Of a DNA stretch of 64,000 nucleotides, positions 12,904 to 23,842 are shown in pieces. The stretch lies in the NCBI RefSeq assembly GCF_030384885.1, contig NZ_CP128613.1. One strand, given 5' to 3'. A program made the translations under genes and the position numbers. The stretch comes from Escherichia coli. Lineage in GTDB: Bacteria; Pseudomonadota; Gammaproteobacteria; Enterobacterales; Enterobacteriaceae. The stretch's first letter is position 1. Each line of letters opens with the position of its first letter. The notes under the pieces were generated by a model, which worked only from the letters and a program-made list of their open reading frames with translations, ran no database searches and was not told the DNA's origin.

Positions 12904-14307
12904 ATGAATCAACAGGATATTGAACAGGTGGTGAAAGCGGTACTGCTGAAAATGCAAAGCAGTGACACGTCGCCCGCCGCCGTTCATGAGATGGGCGTTT
13001 TTGCTTCCCTGGATGACGCCGTTGCGGCGGCCAAAATTGCCCAGCAAGGGTTAAAAAGCGTGGCAATGCGCCAGTTAGCCATTGCTGCTATTCGTGAAGC
13101 AGGCGAAAAACACGCCAGAGATTTAGCAGAACTTGCCGTCAGTGAAACGGGTATGGGCCGCGTAGAAGATAAATTTGCCAAAAACGTCGCTCAGGCACGC
13201 GGTACGCCAGGCGTTGAGTGCCTCTCTCCACAGGTGCTGACCGGTGACAACGGCCTGACTTTAATTGAAAACGCGCCCTGGGGCGTGGTGGCTTCGGTGA
13301 CGCCTTCCACTAACCCGGCGGCAACCGTAATTAATAACGCCATCAGCCTGATTGCCGCGGGCAACAGCGTCATTTTTGCCCCGCATCCGGCGGCGAAAAA
13401 AGTCTCCCAGCGGGCGATTACGCTGCTCAACCAGGCGATTGTTGCCGCAGGCGGGCCGGAAAACTTACTGGTTACCGTGGCAAACCCGGATATCGAAACC
13501 GCGCAACGCTTGTTCAAGTTTCCGGGCATCGGCCTGCTGGTGGTGACCGGCGGCGAAGCGGTAGTAGAAGCGGCGCGTAAACACACCAATAAACGTCTGA
13601 TTGCCGCAGGTGCCGGTAATCCGCCTGTGGTGGTGGATGAAACCGCCGACCTCGCCCGTGCCGCTCAGTCCATCGTCAAAGGCGCTTCTTTCGATAACAA
13701 CATCATTTGTGCCGATGAAAAGGTGCTGATTGTTGTTGATAGCGTAGCCGATGAACTAATGCGTCTGATGGAAGGCCAGCATGCGGTGAAACTGACCGCA
13801 GAACAGGCACAGCAGTTACAACCGGTGTTGCTGAAAAATATCGATGAGCGCGGAAAAGGCACCGTCAGCCGTGACTGGGTGGGTCGCGATGCGGCGAAAA
13901 TCGCGGCGGCAATCGGCCTGAACGTGCCGCAAGAAACGCGCTTGCTGTTTGTAGAAACCCCCGCAGAACATCCGTTTGCCGTGACCGAACTGATGATGCC
14001 AGTGCTGCCGGTCGTGCGCGTCGCCAACGTGGCGGATGCCATTGCGCTGGCGGTGAAACTGGAAGGCGGTTGCCACCACACGGCAGCAATGCACTCGCGC
14101 AATATCGAGAACATGAACCAAATGGCGAACGCCATTGATACCAGTATTTTCGTTAAGAACGGACCGTGCATTGCCGGGCTGGGGCTGGGCGGGGAAGGCT
14201 GGACCACGATGACCATCACCACGCCAACCGGTGAAGGGGTAACCAGCGCGCGTACGTTTGTCCGTCTGCGTCGCTGTGTATTAGTCGATGCGTTTCGCAT
14301 TGTTTAA
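12904..14307 (+). CDS. eutE: Acetaldehyde dehydrogenase (acetylating) EutE
   Basis: 467-aa ORF, aldehyde dehydrogenase family; operon position. Confidence 0.9.
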   Translation: MNQQDIEQVVKAVLLKMQSSDTSPAAVHEMGVFASLDDAVAAAKIAQQGLKSVAMRQLAIAAIREAGEKHARDLAELAVSETGMGRVEDKFAKNVAQARGTPGVECLSPQVLTGDNGLTLIENAPWGVVASVTPSTNPAATVINNAISLIAAGNSVIFAPHPAAKKVSQRAITLLNQAIVAAGGPENLLVTVANPDIETAQRLFKFPGIGLLVVTGGEAVVEAARKHTNKRLIAAGAGNPPVVVDETADLARAAQSIVKGASFDNNIICADEKVLIVVDSVADELMRLMEGQHAVKLTAEQAQQLQPVLLKNIDERGKGTVSRDWVGRDAAKIAAAIGLNVPQETRLLFVETPAEHPFAVTELMMPVLPVVRVANVADAIALAVKLEGGCHHTAAMHSRNIENMNQMANAIDTSIFVKNGPCIAGLGLGGEGWTTMTITTPTGEGVTSARTFVRLRRCVLVDAFRIV

Positions 14308-14317
14308 GGAGCAACCG

Positions 14318-15154
14318 ATGGCGCACGACGAACAATGGCTTACCCCGCGTCTGCAAACGGCGGCAACGCTGTGTAACCAGACGCCCGCCACCACGGAGTC
14401 TCCGTTGTGGTTAGGGGTGGATCTGGGCACCTGCGATGTGGTGTCGATGGTTGTCGACTGCGACGGTCAGCCGGTGGCGGTATGTCTCGACTGGGCCGAT
14501 GTGGTCCGCGACGGCATCGTCTGGGATTTCTTCGGTGCTGTCACCATTGTTCGTCGCCATCTCGACACCCTCGAGCAGCAATTCGGTCGCCGTTTTAGCC
14601 ATGCGGCGACCTCATTTCCACCAGGTACGGATCCGCGTATTTCCATCAACGTGCTGGAGTCTGCCGGGCTGGAAGTGAGCCATGTGCTGGATGAGCCAAC
14701 CGCAGTCGCGGATCTGCTGCAACTGGACAACGCCGGTGTAGTGGATATTGGCGGCGGCACTACCGGAATTGCCATCGTGAAAAAGGGCAAGGTGACTTAT
14801 TCAGCGGATGAAGCGACCGGCGGACATCACATTTCTCTGACTCTCGCCGGAAATCGCCGTATTTCGCTGGAAGAGGCAGAGCAGTACAAGCGCGGTCACG
14901 GTGACGAGATTTGGCCTGCGGTGAAGCCGGTGTACGAAAAAATGGCGGACATTGTTGCCCGGCATATTGAAGGGCAGGGCATTACTGATTTATGGCTGGC
15001 GGGCGGCTCCTGTATGCAACCGGGCGTGGCGGAACTGTTTTGCAAACAATTCCCGGCGTTACAGGTGCATCTACCGCAGCACAGTTTGTTTATGACCCCG
15101 CTGGCGATCGCCAGTAGCGGGCGAGAGAAAGCGGAGGGACTATATGCAAAATGA
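14318..15154 (+). CDS. eutJ: Ethanolamine-utilisation chaperonin-like protein EutJ
   Basis: Start placed at MAHDEQ (ATG 14318); actin/Hsp70-like ATPase; operon position. Confidence 0.85.
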   Translation: MAHDEQWLTPRLQTAATLCNQTPATTESPLWLGVDLGTCDVVSMVVDCDGQPVAVCLDWADVVRDGIVWDFFGAVTIVRRHLDTLEQQFGRRFSHAATSFPPGTDPRISINVLESAGLEVSHVLDEPTAVADLLQLDNAGVVDIGGGTTGIAIVKKGKVTYSADEATGGHHISLTLAGNRRISLEEAEQYKRGHGDEIWPAVKPVYEKMADIVARHIEGQGITDLWLAGGSCMQPGVAELFCKQFPALQVHLPQHSLFMTPLAIASSGREKAEGLYAK

Positions 15155-16331
15155 ATTGCAGACCGCGCTCTTTCAGGCGTTCGATACCCTGAATCTGCAA
15201 CGGGTAAAAACATTTAGCGTTCCACCGGTGACGCTTTGCGGTCCGGGCGCGGTGAGCAGTTGCGGACAGCAAGCACAAACGCGTGGGCTGAAACATCTGT
15301 TCGTGATGGCAGACAGCTTTTTGCATCAGGCGGGGATGACCGCTGGGCTGACGCGTAGCCTGGCCGTTAAAGGCATCGCCATGACGCTCTGGCCATGTCC
15401 GGTGGGCGAACCGTGCATCACCGACGTGTGTGCCGCCGTGGCGCAGTTGCGTGAATCAGGCTGTGACGGAGTGATCGCGTTTGGCGGTGGCTCGGTGCTG
15501 GATGCGGCAAAAGCCGTTGCGTTGCTGGTGACGAACCCCGACCGCACGCTGGCAGAAATGTCAGAAACCAGCGTTCTGCAACCGCGTCTGCCGCTGATTG
15601 CCATTCCAACTACCGCCGGAACCGGCTCTGAAACCACCAACGTAACGGTGATTATCGACGCGGTGAGCGGGCGCAAGCAGGTGTTAGCCCATGCCTCGCT
15701 GATGCCGGATGTGGCGATTCTCGACGCCGCGCTGACCGAAGGCGTGCCGTCGCATGTCACGGCGATGACCGGTATCGACGCGTTAACCCATGCCATTGAA
15801 GCGTACAGTGCGCTGAACGCTACACCGTTTACAGACAGCCTGGCGATTGGCGCAATTGCGATGATTGGTAAATCACTGCCGAAAGCAGTGGGTTACGGTC
15901 ATGACCTTGCCGCGCGCGAGAGTATGTTGCTGGCTTCATGCATGGCGGGAATGGCATTTTCCAGTGCCGGACTTGGGTTATGTCACGCGATGGCGCATCA
16001 GCCGGGGGCGGCGCTGCATATTCCGCACGGACTGGCGAACGCCATGCTGCTGCCCACGGTGATGGAGTTTAACCGGATGGTCTGTCGCGAACGGTTTAGT
16101 CAGATTGGTCGGGCGCTGCGAACTAAAAAATCAGACGATCGTGACGCTATTAACGCGGTAAGTGAGCTGATTGCGGAAGTCGGGATTGGTAAACGGCTGG
16201 GCGATGTTGGCGCGACATCTGCGCATTACGGTGCATGGGCGCAGGCCGCGCTGGAAGATATTTGTCTGCGTAGCAACCCGCGTACTGCCAGCCTGGAGCA
16301 GATCGTCGGCCTGTACGCGGCGGCGCAATAA
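15144..16331 (+). CDS. eutG: Iron-containing alcohol dehydrogenase EutG
   Basis: 395-aa ORF; Fe-ADH family; operon position. Confidence 0.9.
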   Translation: MQNELQTALFQAFDTLNLQRVKTFSVPPVTLCGPGAVSSCGQQAQTRGLKHLFVMADSFLHQAGMTAGLTRSLAVKGIAMTLWPCPVGEPCITDVCAAVAQLRESGCDGVIAFGGGSVLDAAKAVALLVTNPDRTLAEMSETSVLQPRLPLIAIPTTAGTGSETTNVTVIIDAVSGRKQVLAHASLMPDVAILDAALTEGVPSHVTAMTGIDALTHAIEAYSALNATPFTDSLAIGAIAMIGKSLPKAVGYGHDLAARESMLLASCMAGMAFSSAGLGLCHAMAHQPGAALHIPHGLANAMLLPTVMEFNRMVCRERFSQIGRALRTKKSDDRDAINAVSELIAEVGIGKRLGDVGATSAHYGAWAQAALEDICLRSNPRTASLEQIVGLYAAAQ

Positions 16332-16333
16332 AT

Positions 16334-16517
<184 letters not shown>

Positions 16518-16547
16518 ATAAATAACAACTAACAGGGAGTAAAGGCG

Positions 16548-17774
16548 ATGGGAATTAACGAAATCATCATGTACATCATGATGTTCTTTATGCTGATAGC
16601 TGCCGTAGACAGGATCCTGTCGCAGTTCGGCGGTTCTGCTCGTTTCCTCGGTAAGTTCGGTAAAAGTATCGAAGGATCAGGCGGTCAGTTCGAAGAAGGC
16701 TTTATGGCAATGGGCGCTCTGGGTCTGGCGATGGTCGGTATGACCGCGCTGGCACCGGTACTGGCCCACGTACTTGGGCCGGTGATTATCCCGGTTTACG
16801 AAATGCTCGGCGCAAACCCGTCAATGTTCGCCGGAACGCTGCTGGCGTGCGATATGGGCGGCTTCTTCCTCGCCAAAGAGCTGGCGGGCGGCGACGTAGC
16901 AGCGTGGCTATACTCTGGGTTAATTCTCGGGTCGATGATGGGGCCAACGATTGTGTTTTCCATTCCGGTGGCGCTCGGCATTATCGAACCTTCTGACCGT
17001 CGTTATCTGGCGCTCGGCGTGCTGGCGGGCATTGTTACCATTCCGATTGGCTGTATTGCTGGTAGTCTGGTGGCTATGTACTCCGGTGTGCAGATCAACG
17101 GTCAGCCGGTGGAATTCACCTTTGCCCTGATCCTGATGAACATGATCCCGGTACTTATCGTCGCGGTACTGGTGGCGCTGGGGCTGAAATTCATCCCGGA
17201 AAAAATGATCAACGGCTTCCAGATCTTCGCCAAGTTCCTCGTTGCATTGATCACCCTCGGTCTTGCCGCTGCGGTAGTGAAATTCCTCCTTGGCTGGGAA
17301 CTGATCCCCGGTCTGGATCCGATCTTTATGGCCCCTGGCGATAAACCCGGTGAAGTGATGCGCGCCATTGAAGTTATCGGTTCTATCTCCTGCGTTCTGT
17401 TAGGGGCGTATCCGATGGTGCTGCTGCTGACCCGCTAGTTTGAAAAACCGCTGATGAGCGTCGGTAAGGTGCTGAATATGAACAATATCGCGGCAGCTGG
17501 CATGGTGGCAACGCTTGCTAACAACATCCCGATGTTCGGCATGATGAAGCAGATGGATACCCGCGGCAAAGTGATCAACTGTGCCTTCGCCGTTTCCGCT
17601 GCTTTCGCCCTGGGTGACCACTTAGGCTTCGCCGCTGCCAACATGAACGCCATGATCTTCCCGATGATTGTCGGCAAGTTGATCGGCGGCGTAACGGCGA
17701 TTGGCGTGGCGATGATGCTGGTGCCAAAAGAAGACGCGACCGCGGCTAAAACCGAAGCGGAGGCACAATCGTGA
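16548..17774 (+). pseudogene. eutH: Ethanolamine permease EutH interrupted by an in-frame amber codon (TAG at 17436-17438)
   Basis: Track ORFs 16548-17438 and 17454-17774 are in the same frame; 296 + 1 + 5 + 106 codons = 408, the EutH length; the sequence reads ...MVLLLTR*FEKPLMSVGK... Confidence 0.8.
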
Positions 17775-19174
17775 ACACTCGCCAGCTACTGAGCGTCGGT
17801 ATCGATATCGGCACTACCACCACCCAGGTGATCTTCTCCCACCTGGAGCTGGTTAACCGTGCGGCGGTGTCGCAGGTGCCGCGCTACGAATTCATCAAAC
17901 GCGAAATTAGCTGGCAAAGCCCGGTGTTCTTTACCCCTGTCGATAAACAGGGCGGTTTAAAAGAAGCGGAACTGAAATCCTTAATCCTCGAGCAATATCA
18001 GGCTGCGGGCATTGCGCCGGAAAGCGTTGATTCTGGTGCCATCATCATCACCGGTGAAAGCGCGAAAACCCGTAATGCTCGCCCAGCGGTGATGACGCTT
18101 TCTCAGTCGCTGGGCGATTTTGTCGTCGCCAGCGCCGGGCCGCATCTCGAATCCGTGATCGCCGGTCACGGTGCCGGGGCGCAAACCCTTTCTGAACAAC
18201 GGTTATGTCGGGTACTGAATATCGATATCGGCGGTGGCACCGCGAACTACGCTTTGTTCGATGCCGGAAAAATCAGCGGCACTGCCTGCCTTAACGTCGG
18301 CGGTCGCCTGCTGGAAACCGACAGCCAGGGGCGCGTGGTTTACGCTCATAAACCGGGGCAGATGATAGTGGATGAGTGCTTCGGTGCAGGCACTGACGCC
18401 CGTTCGCTGACCGGCGCGCAGCTGGTGCAGGTTACCCGCCGGATGGCAGAGCTGATTGTCGAAGTGATTGACGGAACGCTCTCGCCGCTCGCGCAGGCAT
18501 TAATGCAAACCGGTTTGCTGCCCGCAGGTGTTACTCCCGAAATCATTACGCTTTCTGGCGGCGTGGGCGAATGTTATCGCCACCAGCCCGCCGACCCGTT
18601 CTGTTTTGCCGATATCGGCCCGCTTCTGGCAACGGCGCTGCATGACCATCCGCGCCTGCGTGAGATGAACGTGCAGTTTCCGGCGCAAACCGTACGCGCC
18701 ACGGTGATTGGCGCGGGTGCACATACCCTTTCGCTCTCTGGCAGCACAATCTGGCTGGAGGGCGTACAACTGCCGCTGCGCAATTTGCCGGTGGCGATCC
18801 CAATTGATGAAACGGATCTGGTGAGTGCCTGGCAACAGGCGCTGATTCAGCTGGATCTTTGCCCCAAAACTGACGCGTACGTGCTGGCGCTTCCCGCCTC
18901 GCTGCCTGTGCGTTACGCCGCGGTACTGACGGTCATCAACGCGCTGGTCGATTTCGTCACGCGTTTTCCGAATCCGCATCCCCTGCTGGTGGTGGCCGGG
19001 CAGGACTTTGGTAAAGCTCTGGGCATGTTGTTGCGCCCACAGCTACAACAACTCCCGTTGGCAGTCATTGACGAAGTGATTGTCCGCGCGGGGGACTATA
19101 TCGACATTGGTACGCCTCTTTTTGGCGGATCGGTTGTGCCGGTGACGGTGAAATCACTCGCATTTCCTTCCTGA
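17771..19174 (+). CDS. eutA: Ethanolamine ammonia-lyase reactivase EutA
   Basis: 467-aa ORF; 4-bp overlap with eutH stop; operon position. Confidence 0.9.
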   Translation: MNTRQLLSVGIDIGTTTTQVIFSHLELVNRAAVSQVPRYEFIKREISWQSPVFFTPVDKQGGLKEAELKSLILEQYQAAGIAPESVDSGAIIITGESAKTRNARPAVMTLSQSLGDFVVASAGPHLESVIAGHGAGAQTLSEQRLCRVLNIDIGGGTANYALFDAGKISGTACLNVGGRLLETDSQGRVVYAHKPGQMIVDECFGAGTDARSLTGAQLVQVTRRMAELIVEVIDGTLSPLAQALMQTGLLPAGVTPEIITLSGGVGECYRHQPADPFCFADIGPLLATALHDHPRLREMNVQFPAQTVRATVIGAGAHTLSLSGSTIWLEGVQLPLRNLPVAIPIDETDLVSAWQQALIQLDLCPKTDAYVLALPASLPVRYAAVLTVINALVDFVTRFPNPHPLLVVAGQDFGKALGMLLRPQLQQLPLAVIDEVIVRAGDYIDIGTPLFGGSVVPVTVKSLAFPS

Positions 19175-19185
19175 GGGAACGACTT

Positions 19186-20547
19186 ATGAAACTAAAGACC
19201 ACATTGTTCGGCAATGTATATCAGTTTAAGGATGTAAAAGAGGTGCTGGCTAAAGCCAACGAACTGCGTTCGGGGGATGTGCTGGCGGGCGTTGCAGCGG
19301 CAAGCTCACAGGAGCGCGTGGCGGCAAAGCAGGTGTTGTCGGAAATGACCGTAGCGGACATCCGCAATAATCCGGTGATTGCCTATGAAGATGACTGCGT
19401 GACGCGGCTGATTCAGGACGACGTTAACGAAACGGCCTACAACCAGATTAAAAACTGGAGCATCAGCGAGCTGCGTGAGTATGTGCTGAGTGATGAAACC
19501 AGCGTTGACGACATTGCTTTTACCCGCAAAGGGCTGACCTCGGAAGTGGTCGCGGCGGTAGCGAAGATTTGCTCTAACGCGGATCTGATCTACGGCGCGA
19601 AGAAAATGCCGATTATCAAAAAGGCCAATACTACCATCGGTATTCCGGGCACCTTTAGCGCCCGTTTGCAGCCAAACGATACCCGCGACGACGTGCAAAG
19701 TATCGCCGCGCAAATCTACGAAGGGCTTTCTTTCGGGGTGGGCGATGCGGTGATCGGCGTTAACCCGGTGACTGACGACGTGGAAAACTTAAGCCGCGTG
19801 CTGGATACCATCTATGGCGTGATCGACAAATTCAACATTCCGACCCAGGGCTGCGTGCTGGCGCACGTTACTACCCAGATTGAAGCGATCCGTCGCGGCG
19901 CGCCGGGCGGGCTGATTTTCCAGAGCATCTGCGGCAGCGAAAAAGGGCTGAAAGAATTTGGCGTGGAGCTGGCGATGCTCGATGAAGCACGCGCAGTGGG
20001 CGCAGAGTTTAACCGTATCGCCGGGGAAAACTGCCTCTACTTCGAAACCGGGCAGGGTTCTGCGCTATCGGCGGGCGCTAACTTCGGTGCAGATCAGGTA
20101 ACGATGGAAGCGCGTAACTACGGGCTGGCACGTCATTACGATCCGTTTATCGTCAACACCGTAGTGGGCTTTATTGGGTCAGAGTATCTCTACAACGACC
20201 GGCAGATTATCCGTGCGGGCTTAGAAGATCACTTTATGGGCAAACTGAGCGGCATTTCTATGGGCTGTGACTGCTGCTACACCAACCACGCTGACGCTGA
20301 CCAGAACCTCAACGAAAACCTGATGATCTTGCTCGCCACCGCAGGCTGTAACTACATCATGGGGATGCCGCTGGGTGATGACATCATGCTCAACTACCAG
20401 ACTACGGCCTTCCACGACACCGCCACTGTGCGTCAGTTACTCAACCTGCGCCCGTCACCGGAGTTTGAACGCTGGCTGGAAAGCATGGGCATTATGGCAA
20501 ACGGTCGCCTGACCAAACGGGCGGGCGATCCGTCACTGTTCTTCTGA
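19186..20547 (+). CDS. eutB: Ethanolamine ammonia-lyase large subunit EutB
   Basis: 453-aa ORF immediately after eutA, with no intervening prophage. Confidence 0.9.
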   Translation: MKLKTTLFGNVYQFKDVKEVLAKANELRSGDVLAGVAAASSQERVAAKQVLSEMTVADIRNNPVIAYEDDCVTRLIQDDVNETAYNQIKNWSISELREYVLSDETSVDDIAFTRKGLTSEVVAAVAKICSNADLIYGAKKMPIIKKANTTIGIPGTFSARLQPNDTRDDVQSIAAQIYEGLSFGVGDAVIGVNPVTDDVENLSRVLDTIYGVIDKFNIPTQGCVLAHVTTQIEAIRRGAPGGLIFQSICGSEKGLKEFGVELAMLDEARAVGAEFNRIAGENCLYFETGQGSALSAGANFGADQVTMEARNYGLARHYDPFIVNTVVGFIGSEYLYNDRQIIRAGLEDHFMGKLSGISMGCDCCYTNHADADQNLNENLMILLATAGCNYIMGMPLGDDIMLNYQTTAFHDTATVRQLLNLRPSPEFERWLESMGIMANGRLTKRAGDPSLFF

Positions 20548-20567
20548 TGACGCGGAGATAACACATC

Positions 20568-21455
20568 ATGGATCAAAAACAGATTGAAGAAATTGTACGC
20601 AGCGTGATGGCGTCAATGGGACAAGCGGCCCCCGCGCCGTCAGAAGCAAAATGCGCCACTACCACCTGTGCAGCACCGGTGACCTCGGAAAGCTGCGCGC
20701 TGGATTTAGGTTCCGCAGAAGCAAAAGCGTGGATTGGCGTTGAAAACCCGCATCGCGCAGACGTATTAACAGAACTGCGCCGCAGCACCGTGGCCCGCGT
20801 CTGTACCGGTCGTGCCGGTCCGCGTCCGCGTACCCAGGCGTTGCTGCGTTTCCTGGCCGATCACTCTCGTTCGAAAGATACCGTACTGAAAGAAGTGCCG
20901 GAAGAGTGGGTGAAAGCGCAGGGCTTGCTGGAAGTCCGCTCTGAAATTAGCGACAAAAATCTCTATCTGACTCGCCCGGATATGGGCCGCCGCTTGTGTG
21001 CAGAGGCTGTTGAAGCGCTGAAAGCGCAGTGTGTTGCCAATCCGGACGTACAGGTGGTTATTTCCGATGGTCTGTCTACTGATGCGATCACCGTGAACTA
21101 TGAAGAGATTCTGCCACCGCTGATGGCGGGCCTGAAACAGGCCGGGTTGAAAGTCGGCACACCGTTCTTTGTGCGTTACGGTCGCGTGAAGATTGAAGAT
21201 CAGATTGGCGAACTTCTTGGCGCGAAAGTGGTGATCCTGCTGGTGGGTGAACGTCCGGGGTTGGGGCAGTCAGAAAGTCTCTCCTGCTACGCCGTTTACT
21301 CGCCGCGTATGGCAACCACCGTTGAGGCCGACCGTACCTGTATCTCTAACATTCACCAGGGCGGCACGCCGCCGGTTGAAGCCGCAGCCGTCATTGTGGA
21401 TTTGGCGAAACGTATGCTGGAGCAGAAAGCATCCGGCATCAACATGACCCGATAA
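20568..21455 (+). CDS. eutC: Ethanolamine ammonia-lyase small subunit EutC
   Basis: 295-aa ORF; operon position. Confidence 0.9.
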   Translation: MDQKQIEEIVRSVMASMGQAAPAPSEAKCATTTCAAPVTSESCALDLGSAEAKAWIGVENPHRADVLTELRRSTVARVCTGRAGPRPRTQALLRFLADHSRSKDTVLKEVPEEWVKAQGLLEVRSEISDKNLYLTRPDMGRRLCAEAVEALKAQCVANPDVQVVISDGLSTDAITVNYEEILPPLMAGLKQAGLKVGTPFFVRYGRVKIEDQIGELLGAKVVILLVGERPGLGQSESLSCYAVYSPRMATTVEADRTCISNIHQGGTPPVEAAAVIVDLAKRMLEQKASGINMTR

Positions 21456-21464
21456 GGAGGCATC

Positions 21465-22124
21465 ATGCCAGCTTTAGATTTGATTCGACCGTCGGTAACC
21501 GCCATGCGGGTGATTGCCTCTGTTAACGCCGAATTTGCGCGTGAACTGAAATTGCCGCCGCATATTCGTAGCCTCGGGCTGATTTCTGCTGATTCCGATG
21601 ACGTCACCTACATTGCGGCTGACGAAGCGACCAAGCAGGCGATGGTTGAAGTCGTGTATGGTCGCTCGCTGTATGCGGGAGCTGCACACGGGCCGTCACC
21701 GACTGCCGGTGAAGTGCTGATTATGCTCGGGGGGCCAAACCCGGCGGAAGTGCGTGCCGGTCTGGATGCGATGGTTGCGCATATTGAAAATGGCGCTGCT
21801 TTCCAGTGGGCTAATGATGCAGAAAACACAGCCTTCCTGGCGCATGTCGTTTCGCGTACCGGCTCTTATCTCTCATCAACCGCCGGGATCACGCTTGGCG
21901 ATCCGATGGCGTATCTGGTGGCACCGCCGCTGGAAGCGACCTACGGCATTGATGCAGCCCTGAAATCTGCCGACGTGCAGCTGGTGACCTATGTCCCGCC
22001 ACCGTCTGAAACCAACTACTCGGCAGCATTTTTAACCGGTAGCCAGGCCGCGTGTAAAGCAGCCTGTAACGCCTTTACCGATGCAGTGCTGGAAATCGCG
22101 CGTAATCCAATCCAGCGTGCGTAA
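21465..22124 (+). CDS. eutL: Microcompartment shell protein EutL (tandem BMC)
   Basis: 219-aa ORF; operon position. Confidence 0.9.
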   Translation: MPALDLIRPSVTAMRVIASVNAEFARELKLPPHIRSLGLISADSDDVTYIAADEATKQAMVEVVYGRSLYAGAAHGPSPTAGEVLIMLGGPNPAEVRAGLDAMVAHIENGAAFQWANDAENTAFLAHVVSRTGSYLSSTAGITLGDPMAYLVAPPLEATYGIDAALKSADVQLVTYVPPPSETNYSAAFLTGSQAACKAACNAFTDAVLEIARNPIQRA

Positions 22125-22136
22125 CGGAGGTTGCCG

Positions 22137-22637
22137 ATGATCAATGCACTGGGATTGCTGGAAGTGGACGGCATGGTCGCCGCGATAGATGCAGCTGATG
22201 CCATGCTCAAAGCAGCTAACGTTCGTCTGCTCAGTCACGAAGTGCTTGACCCTGGTCGCCTAACGCTAGTGGTGGAAGGCGATCTGGCGGCGTGTCGTGC
22301 GGCGCTGGACGCAGGTTGTGCTGCCGCGATGCGTACCGGGCGTGTCATCAGCCGTAAGGAGATCGGTCGGCCAGACGATGACACCCAGTGGCTGGTTACT
22401 GGCTTTAACCGCCAGCCGAAGCAACCCGTAAAGGAACCCGACGCGCCAGTTATCGTCGGGGAATCTGCTGACGAGTTGTTGGCGCTGTTAACATCAGTAC
22501 GTCAGGGAATGACGGCAGGAGAAGTGGCTGCCCACTTTGGCTGGCCGCTGGAAAAAGCCAGAAATGCGCTCGAACAGCTCTTTTCTGCCGGGACGTTACG
22601 TAAACGCAGTAGTCGTTATCGTCTCAAGCCCCATTAA
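22137..22637 (+). CDS. eutK: Microcompartment shell protein EutK
   Basis: Start placed at MINALGLLEVDG; N-terminal BMC domain and C-terminal basic tail. Confidence 0.85.
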   Translation: MINALGLLEVDGMVAAIDAADAMLKAANVRLLSHEVLDPGRLTLVVEGDLAACRAALDAGCAAAMRTGRVISRKEIGRPDDDTQWLVTGFNRQPKQPVKEPDAPVIVGESADELLALLTSVRQGMTAGEVAAHFGWPLEKARNALEQLFSAGTLRKRSSRYRLKPH

Positions 22638-22682
22638 CCTGTCGGAGGTGCCGGGTGTCCTACAACACCCGGCATTAACATC

Positions 22683-23735
22683 ATGAAAAAGACCCGTACA
22701 GCCAATTTGCACCATCTTTATCATGAACCCTTACCCGAAAACCTGAAGCTCACGCCGAAGGTCGAAGTGGATAATGTTCATCAACGACAGACAACGGATG
22801 TCTATGAACATGCTTTGACGATTACCGCCTGGCAGCAGATTTACGATCAGCTGCATCCGGGCAAATTTCATGGTGAATTTACGGAAATTCTGCTCGATGA
22901 TATTCAGGTTTTCCGTGAATACACGGGGCTGGCGCTGCGTCAGTCGTGCCTGGTCTGGCCGAACTCGTTCTGGTTTGGCATTCCGGCGACGCGCGGTGAG
23001 CAGGGATTTATCGGTTCGCAATGTCTGGGAAGCGCAGAAATTGCGACACGCCCTGGAGGAACCGAGTTTGAATTAAGTACGCCGGACGATTACACGATCC
23101 TTGGCGTGGTGCTTTCTGAAGATGTCATCACCCGTCAGGCTAACTTTTTGCATAACCCGGAAAGGGTGCTGCATATGTTACGTAACCAGTCGGCGCTGGA
23201 AGTGAAAGAGCAGCATAAAGCCGCGCTGTGGGGCTTTGTCCAACAGGCTCTGGCGACATTTTGCGAGAACCCGGAAAATCTCCATCAGCCTGCAGTGCGA
23301 AAAGTGCTGGGGGATAATTTGCTAATGGCGATGGGGGCGATGCTGGAAGAAGCGCAGCCAATGATGACGGCGGAAAGTATAAGTCATCAGAGTTACCGCC
23401 GATTGCTTTCCCGGGCCCGTGAATATGTGCTGGAAAACATGTCCGAACCAGTGACGGTACTGGACTTGTGTAATCAACTGCACGTCAGCCGCCGCACCTT
23501 GCAAAACGCATTTCACGCTATTTTGGGCATTGGCCCAAACGCGTGGCTGAAACGCATTCGCCTGAACGCCGTGCGCCGTGAACTGATTAGCCCGTGGTCG
23601 CAAAGTATGACGGTAAAAGACGCCGCCATGCAGTGGGGATTCTGGCATCTTGGGCAGTTTGCCACGGATTATCAGCAATTGTTTGCAGAAAAGCCTTCAC
23701 TGACGCTGCATCAGCGGATGCAGGAACTGGAGTGA
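22683..23735 (+). CDS. eutR: AraC-family transcriptional activator of the eut operon
   Basis: 350-aa ORF; C-terminal AraC-type helix-turn-helix; last gene of eut operon. Confidence 0.9.
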   Translation: MKKTRTANLHHLYHEPLPENLKLTPKVEVDNVHQRQTTDVYEHALTITAWQQIYDQLHPGKFHGEFTEILLDDIQVFREYTGLALRQSCLVWPNSFWFGIPATRGEQGFIGSQCLGSAEIATRPGGTEFELSTPDDYTILGVVLSEDVITRQANFLHNPERVLHMLRNQSALEVKEQHKAALWGFVQQALATFCENPENLHQPAVRKVLGDNLLMAMGAMLEEAQPMMTAESISHQSYRRLLSRAREYVLENMSEPVTVLDLCNQLHVSRRTLQNAFHAILGIGPNAWLKRIRLNAVRRELISPWSQSMTVKDAAMQWGFWHLGQFATDYQQLFAEKPSLTLHQRMQELE

Positions 23736-23842
23736 AAACGACTGGTATCGCTTTTCGCCATATTTGTGTAACGAGAAAAGCCATGCAAATACTATAATTC
23801 GTATTTCTCTCAAAGAGAGTGAAGATAATCAGGAGGTCCAGG

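Noticed and set aside
23793-23798. TATAAT hexamer upstream of the Sel1 gene as a promoter -10
   Set aside because: The only -35-like hexamer (ttgtgt at 23764-23769) is 23 bp away, too far for a sigma-70 promoter, so I did not call one.
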